Shown one piece after another: positions 1-6,000 of a stretch of DNA of 6,000 nt. Numbering within the stretch: the stretch's first letter is position 1; each line of letters starts with the position of its first letter. The DNA is taken from positions 1 to 6,000 of the forward strand of contig NW_021829760.1 of the NCBI RefSeq assembly GCF_006345805.1. Reading direction: 5' to 3'. Made by a program: the position numbers and the translations under genes. The DNA is from Octopus sinensis. Its lineage: Eukaryota. The notes under the pieces were generated by a model, which had not been told where the DNA came from, ran no database searches, and saw nothing but the letters and a program-made list of their open reading frames with translations.

Positions 1-27
1 ACACACACGTATTTTTTTGTACGTGTG

Positions 28-47
28 TATATATATATATATATATA
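28..47. repeat. (TA)10 microsatellite
   Basis: Directly visible perfect TA run. Confidence 0.95.
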
Positions 48-470
48 TTCTGTGAGAGGCAGGGAGAATAAGTAGTAGATAATAAAGGAGAGAGAAAGAG
101 ATTGAGAACAGTGGTGAAAGATACATTCCAAGGGTAATAACAATAACAAAAAAAAAATAAAATAAAATAAATGGCGTGGGGAAATATATCTGTCACCCTA
201 CCAACAAAAGCGGCCATTTTAATATGAAATAAAAATAACAGACAAGAACCTCTCTTTGTTCCTTTTAAAAGCACATCTATGGGAAAACTAAATTAAAAAT
301 TGTACTATAGCTTATCATTGTGATATTTCTGTGCTTTTTGTTATATTTATTTTCTTTATTGTAATTTTTATAGCAGTTTATTTCGTTGTTATTGTTCTGC
401 TGTTTTTTTTTAGTGTATTTTTATTAACAGTTTTCTCTGTATTATTGGTAACAGCTAAGTTTTTATCATA

Positions 471-937
471 GTTTCTGTTAGAAACGGCTTTCCTCGTTGT
501 AGTTATAAAACTAGTTTTTCTTATGGTTTAAATAACAGTTTTTATCCTGTATTTCCCTGTGGTAGCAGTGTTTGTAGTTATATTTTTGTTACATTAGTAA
601 CTGTTTTATCTTGTAACTTATTAACTGTTTTTATTGATGTTGCAATTTTAAAAGCTAAATTTTATTGTACACATATACGTACATGCATACATATGAATCG
701 ATATGAATCACGACTATAAGATACCCGGTTTTCTTATCGTTTCTGTTAGAAACAGCTTTTCTTGATGTAGTTATAAAGTAGTTTTTCTTATGGTTTAAAT
801 AACAGTTTTTATCCTGTATTTCCCTGTTGTAGCAGTGTTTGTAGTTATATTTTTGTTACATTAGTAACTGTTTTATCTTGTAACTTATTAACTGTTTTTT
901 TTTGATGTTGCAATTTTAAAAGCTAAATTTTATTGTA
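471..937 (+). repeat. 199-bp direct duplication (471-669 and 739-937) with a 69-bp spacer
   Basis: Both copies run from gtttctgttagaaac to aaagctaaattttattgta with only about 8 differences. Confidence 0.95.
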
Positions 938-1027
938 GCTTTGAGAACTGTGTCTGTTCTAATTTCGTAGCAATTTACGAAGCTGTTTTTGTCGTAACTT
1001 TAATAGCTGCTTCTACTTTAATTTTAA

Positions 1028-1407
1028 CTAGCAGTATCGCCCGGCGTTGCTCGGGTTTGTAAGGGAAATAACTATATAAGCATTTTTAGAGATGTAAAGT
1101 ATAATAGCCATCTCAATATGGCTAACCATAAAGGGGGGGGGTGTTACTGTAGCTTTTTACGTTCTGAGATTTAATAATAAATTTTTAGAGAGTTACTTCC
1201 CTTATATATGCCAAATATGCATTAAAAATGGGAAAAATTGATGGTAAATTTTTTTTTTAATCGTAGACTCATCGTCGAAAGGCTCGATATGAATCACGAC
1301 TATAAGATACCCGGTTTTGGTTAAACTGCACCGGGAAATGTGGGAGTAGTTAGGAATCTAAATCGTAGGAGACAGACAGCACACAACCTCACTTTTATAT
1401 ATATAGA
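1028..1407 (-). mobile_element. Non-autonomous Helitron (rolling-circle DNA transposon), 380 bp
   Basis: Minus strand begins TCTATATATATAAAAG (1407) and ends in a GC-rich hairpin CCCGAGCAACGCCGGG (1055-1040) 8 nt before CTAG (1031-1028). It is inserted between A (1408) and T (1027) with no TSD. These are the canonical Helitron termini. No Rep/helicase coding sequence. Confidence 0.85.
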
Positions 1408-1507
1408 TTTTTCTTTTGTAATAATTTTAGTAACTTTTTATTGTAACATGATTAGCTATCTTTGTTGTAACTTTGGTACCAGATATATGTAATTTAACTG
1501 TGGTTTT

Positions 1508-1940
1508 AGATCTTTTCGGTTTGAACGGCAGTTTTTTCTAGCGGTGTCATATGAAATTGTCACCTATAATTATGACCCAAGTATCGATCTATTGCATTTC
1601 AATCTCTTTTAGGGTTAGGGTTAGTTAAGGTTAGGGCTAGGGGTGGGGGGGAAGGGTATCTTTTTTTCTTCACAAATGTAAATAAACCGAATCTGTTTCT
1701 TAAACGAGGGTCATATTCATACGGCACAGAATGATCTTTAACTCTATAGACGCCATTGATTGGTTGAAATTGCAGAAATTGAAGAAAAAAAACAATAAAT
1801 ATCTTACAAACCATAGAATTTTCTCAATAAAGCCAAGAGAAAAAGATGTTTTATAAACACATTCTATCAGTATACTATGTTTAAATTTTTTAGCTACCTA
1901 GAAATTATGTTAAAAACTGCCGTTCAAACCGAAAAGATCT
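1508..1940. mobile_element. MITE-like non-autonomous DNA element with perfect 29-bp terminal inverted repeats; superfamily unassigned
   Basis: AGATCTTTTCGGTTTGAACGGCAGTTTTT (1508-1536) is the exact reverse complement of 1912-1940. No transposase ORF and no clear TSD. Confidence 0.85.
1609..1656 (+). repeat. Degenerate telomere-like (TTAGGG)n tract with G-quadruplex potential inside the MITE
   Basis: ttaggg ttaggg ttag ttaagg ttaggg ctaggg g tggggggg aaggg, giving more than four G3+ runs. Confidence 0.8.
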
Positions 1941-1942
1941 CC

Positions 1943-2194
1943 AATCTGTTTCTTAAGCGAGGGACATATTCATGCGGCACAGAATGTTTTTTTTACCTCA
2001 ATAGACGTCACTGATTGGTTGAAATTGCAGAAATTGAAGAAAAAAAACAACAAATATCTTACAAACCATAGAATTTTCTCAATAAAGCCAAGAGAAAAAG
2101 ATGTTTTATAAACACATTCTATCAGTATACTATGTTTAAATTTTTTAGTTACCTAGAAATTATGTTAAAAACTGCCGTTCAAACCGAAAAGATC
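1943..2194 (+). repeat. Second copy of the MITE right half (1690-1939), including a second right TIR
   Basis: Aligns from aatctgtttcttaa to ccgaaaagatc. The last 183 nt differ at only 2 positions. Confidence 0.95.
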
Positions 2195-2394
2195 CCTTTG
2201 ATGACCTGTTTATTGTACTTCCGCAGTTGGTTTTGTCGCAATTCAAATAACAGTTTTTGATGTTACAACTTTACTAAAAATTCCTATAATTTTACTAAAA
2301 ATTTCCATCGTATTTTTATACCTTCATCATCATTAAAAAGACTGCGAGCAAAATTACAGCCAAAATTATAAAGTCATATCGAATCCAGTATATA

Positions 2395-2562
2395 GACGCA
2401 GGAGTGGCTGTGTGGTAAGTAGCTTGCGTACGTACCACATGGTTCCGGGTTCATTCCCACTGCGTGGCACCTTGGGCAAGTGTTTTCTACTATAGCCTCG
2501 GGCCGACCAAAGCCTTGCGAGTGGATTTGGTACACGGAACTGAAAGATTTGGTACACGGAAA
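2395..2562 (+). mobile_element. tRNA-derived SINE, 5' part (3'-truncated)
   Basis: A-box-like TGGCTGTGTGGT (2405-2416) and B-box-like GGTTCATTCCC (2448-2458), followed by a body ccttgggcaag...ggccgaccaaagccttg...gatttggta. From recollection this is the 5' half of the family whose 3' half lies at 5749-6000. Confidence 0.8.
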
Positions 2563-2656
2563 CATACAAGAGGTGCAAATGAGGGTAGCTATATGAAACT
2601 CCATTCTTCACCAAGTGCCACATATTAGAGGAGGCTCTTAGAAATAACAGTATATT

Positions 2657-2684
2657 ACGCGAGATATTCACGCGTCCCGCTAGT
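2657..2684 (+). mobile_element. Possible orphan Helitron 3' terminus
   Basis: ACGCG-N9-CGCGT hairpin (2657-2675) followed 4 nt later by CTAG|T (2680-2684). No matching 5' end found. Confidence 0.3.
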
Positions 2685-2719
2685 ATATATATATCGGTAA
2701 TCTCGAGGAAAGAAATCTG

Positions 2720-2855
2720 CCCCCGCACTTGGTTAATACTTTAGCTTACCGATCCTAAAAAGATGAAAGATGGCTACAGTTAGGATTTGAACTAAGAAGG
2801 TTGCGTGTCGAAAGAAACCATTTATTTTCTCTGTGCTTTAACGATTCCGCCATTA
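2720..2855 (-). mobile_element. Old, degraded copy of the SINE family seen at 3061-3666
   Basis: Recognisable blocks ttaccgatcctaaaaagatgaaag, ggatttgaactaaga and aacgattccgcc occur in the same order as in the younger copies. Confidence 0.65.
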
Positions 2856-2935
2856 GCAGCAATTTTAATATTCGTTTCTGATTTCGGCGAAAGACCTGCC
2901 GTTTTTGAGCGGGGTGAGCTCAACGGAGCCATCAA

Positions 2936-3040
2936 CCGCAGTGCTTGAGTGGTGCTTTATTCATCCAAAAGGATGAAAGGCAAAGTTGGCTTCGGCGCGA
3001 CTTGAACTCACAAAGTGAAGAACCAGAACGAACGTTACAA
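2936..3040 (-). mobile_element. Second degraded copy of the same SINE family, its head cut off near the young array
   Basis: cagtgc...ggt, aaaggatgaaaggcaaagt (2968-2986) and ttgaactca are co-linear with the array unit. Confidence 0.7.
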
Positions 3041-3060
3041 AATATTCTTTCCAGCATTCT

Positions 3061-3666
3061 GTTTCTTATTTCTTTATTGCCCACAGGGGGCTAAACATAG
3101 AAGAGACAAACAAGGACAGACAAAGGGATTAAATCGATTATATCGATCCCAGTGCGTAACTGGTACTTAATTTACCGACCCCGAAAGGATGAAAGGCAAA
3201 GTCGACCTCGGCGGAATTTGAACTCAGAACGTAGCGGCAGACGAAATACCTATTTCTTTACTACCCACTAGGGGCTAAACACAGAGAGGACAAACAAGAA
3301 CAGACAAACGAATTAAGTCGATTACAAGGACTCCAGTGCGTAACTGGTACTTAATTTATCGACCCCGAAAGGATGAAAGGCAAAGTCGACCACTGTGGAA
3401 TTTGAACTCAGAACGTAATGGCAGACGAAATACCTATTTCTTTACTACCCACAAGGGGCTAAACACAGAGGACAAACAAGAGCAAACAAACGGATTAAGT
3501 CGATTACATAGACCCCAGTGCGTAACTGGTACTTAATTTATCGACTCCGAAAAGGTTGAAAGCAAAGTCGACCTCGGCGGAATTTGAACTCAGAACGTAG
3601 CGGCAGACGAAATACCGCTAAGCATGTCGCCCGTCGTGCTACCGATTCTGCCGGTTCACAAACGCC
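3061..3666 (-). mobile_element. tRNA-derived SINE with a Deu/Nin-like central domain, present as a head-to-tail trimer
   Basis: One tRNA head (A-box-like GGCAGAATCGG at 3652-3642, B box GTTCAAATTCC at 3589-3579). Three units of about 183 nt at 3435-3616, 3251-3434 and 3067-3250. Minus-strand core GCCTTTCATCCTTTCGGGGTCGATAAATTAAGTACC resembles the Deu/Nin SINE domain as I recall it. A-rich tail AATAAAGAAATAAGAAAC. Confidence 0.9.
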
Positions 3667-3672
3667 CCCACA

Positions 3673-4090
3673 CCAATGACTATCTTAGAAGCGCATGCGT
3701 AGTTATATGTTCTCCTACCCCATCACATTCACAAAAGAAAACTAAAAAAAAGGAAAAACAGAGGCGAGAATGGAATACCGTTGAACGTAGATATGCTCGG
3801 ACGGGGCTGACCTGAGGTTAAACAGCAGTAACAACATCATGAACAACAACAACAACAACAACAACAACCCAATAACAACAGCAATATCAACAATGACAGC
3901 GGCGTTGTCGTAGCAACCGTTTACCCCGTCGAGCCGTCTGTGTAGAAGTGTAACGTTATCCAGTATGGAGTAAGGCGATGAAGACGACACGAAGGTTCGC
4001 TGGGCTGGGCTGAGCAGGAGGTACGTTGGACGATCAGCGAATACCACCTGAGTTGGTGAAAAAGAAGGTGGAAAGTGGGGCGAAAATGGC
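3673..4090 (+). promoter_or_regulatory. Candidate promoter / 5' UTR region
   Basis: Only substantial unique GC-richer stretch, with about 20 CpG in 3900-4140. Motifs: CCAAT (3673-3677), NRF1-like GCGCATGCG (3691-3699), X-box-like GTTGTCGTAGCAAC (3904-3917) and YY1-like AAAATGGCG (4083-4091). Motif matches only. Confidence 0.4.
3842..3868. repeat. (AAC)9 microsatellite within a longer AAC/AAT/AGC-rich tract
   Basis: Directly visible. Confidence 0.95.
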
Positions 4091-4138
4091 GGAGGAGAAA
4101 GAGAGACGTGGCCATTATAATTGGCGACGATTTGAAAG
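4086..4138 (+). CDS. Putative short first coding exon (MAEEKERRGHYNWRRFE...), unknown protein
   Basis: ATG in strong context (aaaATGGCG) and possible donor AAG|GTGAAA at 4138/4139, followed by intron-like microsatellite and SINE sequence. No protein family recognised, and the frame stops at 4140-4142 if unspliced. Confidence 0.25.
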
Positions 4139-4221
4139 GTGAAAATAGATAGGCATTGTACGATCTCGTTTCATTTCATCGCCTGTGATAACTAAACGAG
4201 ATATGATTTATGTGTCCTAGT

Positions 4222-4502
4222 GTGGCGGTTAAACACGCACACAAACGCACATTTACACACACAAACCTATATACACACAGACGCGCACACACATACACAT
4301 AAGCATATACACATAAGCATATACACATTCAGGAACACAAACTAGAGTGTGTGTATGTGTATAAAAATATGTATATTTATGTATTGTGTGTTTATGTACG
4401 TACATACAAACACACACAATTATATGTAGTATGTATGTACGTATGTATGTGTGTAGATGCTTGTATTTATGTGTGTATATATGTCCATGAAATCATTTTA
4501 AG

Positions 4503-4549
<47 letters not shown>

Positions 4550-4764
4550 ATGTATGTATGATGTATGTATATGTGTGTGTATACGTTTGTTATATATATA
4601 TGTATATATGTCCATGTAGCATTTAAGTGTGTGTGTATATATATATATAATATATATTATATATATATATATATATATAGATATCTGTCTGTATGTATGT
4701 ATATGTGTGTGTATATGTTTGTTTGTATATATATAATATATATAGTATATAGATATATATATAT
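4222..4764. repeat. Compound CA / TG / TATG / (TA)n microsatellite field
   Basis: Directly visible. Longest pure TA run is 4508-4544. Confidence 0.95.
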
Positions 4765-4771
4765 TTCAATC

Positions 4772-5083
4772 GGAGACCCCCTTCGGTCACGAATGACCAT
4801 GTGATTGCACAAGTCCGGGCAAGTTGTTTATGGAAGACCAGCAGTCGTCCAAGCATACAAGCCTCCCCTCGCCACGCCACCGATGTCATCCAAGGAAAAG
4901 GCAAAGGGGCCGTTACAGCTTGGCACCAGTGACGTCGCAACTCATTTCTACAGCTGAGTTAACTGGAGCAATGTGAAATAAAGTGCCTTGCTCAAGAACA
5001 CAACACGCAGCCCGGACTGGGATTCGAGCTCACAACCGCACGATCGTAAGTTCGGCGCTCTAACCACTGAGCCATGTGCCTTC
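4772..5083 (-). mobile_element. Full-length tRNA-derived CORE-type SINE
   Basis: A box TGGCTCAGTGG (5074-5064) and B-box-like GCTCGAATCC (5029-5020). CORE-like segment CTTGAGCAAGGCACTT...CTCAGCTGTAGAAATGAG. 3' stem-loop GGTCA-TTCG-TGACC (4798-4785). Imperfect flanking direct repeat ttcaat(a)cggag at 4765-4775 and 5081-5092. Confidence 0.85.
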
Positions 5084-5176
5084 AATACGGAGCAAATAAT
5101 TCACGAGAAAAAATAATTCACGAAAAAATAATTTGTGAAGATACTATTGATCTGTTATTATCTAGTGTAATAATTT

Positions 5177-5561
5177 GGAAGCACTCCGTCGGTTCCGACG
5201 ACGAGGGTTCCGGTTGATGCGATCAACAGAACAGCCTGCTCGTGAAATTAACGTGTAAGTGGCTGAGCACTCCACAGACACGTGTACCTTTAACGTAGTT
5301 CTCGGGGATATTCAGCGTGACACAGAGAGTGACAAGGCCGGCCCTTTGAAATATAGGTACAACAGAAACAGGAAGAAAGAGTGAGAGAAAGTTGTGGTGA
5401 AAGAGTACAGCAGGGATCACCACCATCCCCTGCCGGGGCCGCGTGGAACTTTAGGTGTTTTCGCTCAATAAACACTCACAACGCCCGGTCTGGGAATCGA
5501 AACCGCGATCCTACGACCGCGAGTCCGCTGCCCTAACCACTGGGCCATTGCGCCTCCACCC
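5177..5561 (-). mobile_element. Full-length tRNA-derived SINE with 11-bp target-site duplication
   Basis: A box TGGCCCAGTGG (5547-5537) and B-box-like GTTTCGATTCC (5503-5493). Perfect TSD tgtaataattt at 5166-5176 and 5562-5572. Two 3' hairpins at 5213-5227 and 5187-5200. Confidence 0.9.
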
Positions 5562-5748
5562 TGTAATAATTTAAATATTGATAATAACGGAATCACTAAA
5601 TTAAGCGATTGCAGGTCCCTAAAATGCATTAAATAGCTGAAGGATTACAATTAATCAAAGGGCATAGTAAATATGTCTACCTGTTTATTTAAATCGCCAA
5701 AATACACTGATAATAAATACAGAAATCAACCGTCCGCAGGTAAACGGG

Positions 5749-6000
5749 CTCTCTTTACTCTTTTACCCTTTTACTTGTTTCAGTCATTTGACTGCGGCCA
5801 TGCTGAAGCACTGCCTTTAGTCGAGCAAATCGACACCCGGGACTTATTCTTTGTAAGCCCAGTACTTATTCTATCAGTCTCTTTTGCCGAACCGCTAAGT
5901 GACGGAGACGTAAACACACCAGCATCGGTTGTCAAGCAATGCTAGGGGGGACAAACACAGACACACAAACACACACACATACATATATATATATATAATA
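5749..6000 (-). mobile_element. 3' half of a SINE with internal microsatellite and (GTAAAAGA)-type tail; continues beyond the window
   Basis: Minus strand reads microsatellite, unique body, stem-loop CAGTC-AAAT-GACTG (5794-5781) and short-repeat tail GTAAAAGGGTAAAAGAGTAAAGAGAG. The head is outside the window. Confidence 0.8.

Larger units (their letters stand above)
330..2270. repeat. Decayed 24-nt minisatellite (plus consensus about TTTTRTTGTAACTTTAATAGCTGT), interrupted by later insertions
   Basis: 24-nt units at 354-377, 928-951, 963-986 + 987-1010 (adjacent, 15/24 identical), 1436-1459 + 1460-1483 (adjacent) and 2231-2254. Strong T-over-A strand skew throughout. Boundaries are approximate. 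Confidence 0.6.

Noticed and set aside
3-28. 9-bp inverted repeat acacacgta / tacgtgtgt
   Set aside because: Expected by chance among complementary CA/TG microsatellites, and truncated by the window edge.
169-220. Two YY1-like motifs (aaatggcg, gcggccatttt) in opposite orientation
   Set aside because: Short motifs in AT-rich, CpG-poor context with no other promoter evidence.
1609-1656. True telomere or chromosome-fusion site
   Set aside because: Only a few degenerate units, in one orientation, enclosed within a TIR element.
2875-2925. ctga...gaaa plus small hairpins resembling a hammerhead ribozyme
   Set aside because: The core is CTGATTT rather than CTGANGA, and helices I and III cannot be formed.
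3067-3616. CRISPR-like or ribozyme (retrozyme) interpretation of the tandem array
   Set aside because: Units are near-identical along their whole length with no unique spacers, the context is eukaryotic, and no hammerhead catalytic core is seen on either strand.
3832-3945. Poly-Q/N reading frame QHHEQ8PNNNSNINND...
   Set aside because: Preceded by an in-frame TAA, with no ATG and no usable splice acceptor. Explained by the AAC microsatellite.
3995-4130. Faint resemblance to the RTE-LINE ORF C-terminal motif (RWAG...DDQRIP against RWxGHVxRMxDxRxPK)
   Set aside because: It needs a frameshift, the spacing is 19 nt rather than about 15, and the H and K residues are missing. Chance is likely, but a translated search against RTE ORFs would settle it and would weaken the first-exon model if positive.
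5095-5139. Short tandem aataattcacga x2 with a partial inverted copy
   Set aside because: Small AT-rich slippage product between two SINEs with no further support.
2395-5557. tRNA genes at the A/B-box-containing heads (2395, 3650, 5075, 5550)
   Set aside because: They lack complete acceptor stems and run directly into SINE bodies, so they are tRNA-derived heads rather than tRNAs.
1599-5945. All ORFs in the supplied track (63-120 aa)
   Set aside because: Most lie within SINEs, the MITE or microsatellites, and the two in 3742-4115 are antisense or low-complexity readings of the candidate promoter region. None shows a recognisable domain.

Overview
AT-rich eukaryotic, essentially non-coding window built almost entirely from nested repeats. 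The SINE and microsatellite complement matches my recollection of octopod (Octopus-like) genomes, which is an inference and not a database result. From left to right: (1) a decayed 24-nt minisatellite (about 330-2270) is interrupted by a 199-bp duplication with a templated junction, an intact-ended 380-bp non-autonomous Helitron, and a 29-bp-TIR MITE carrying TTAGGG-like repeats with a duplicated right half; (2) a cluster of tRNA-derived SINEs (2395-3666) includes a head-to-tail trimer with identical palindromic junctions; (3) a unique CpG-rich segment (about 3670-4140) may be a promoter plus short first exon; (4) a compound microsatellite and three more minus-strand SINEs follow. None of the ORFs in the track is credible as a gene. 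The most interesting signals are the fixed-junction SINE multimer, the telomere-repeat-bearing MITE and the Helitron-templated duplication junction.
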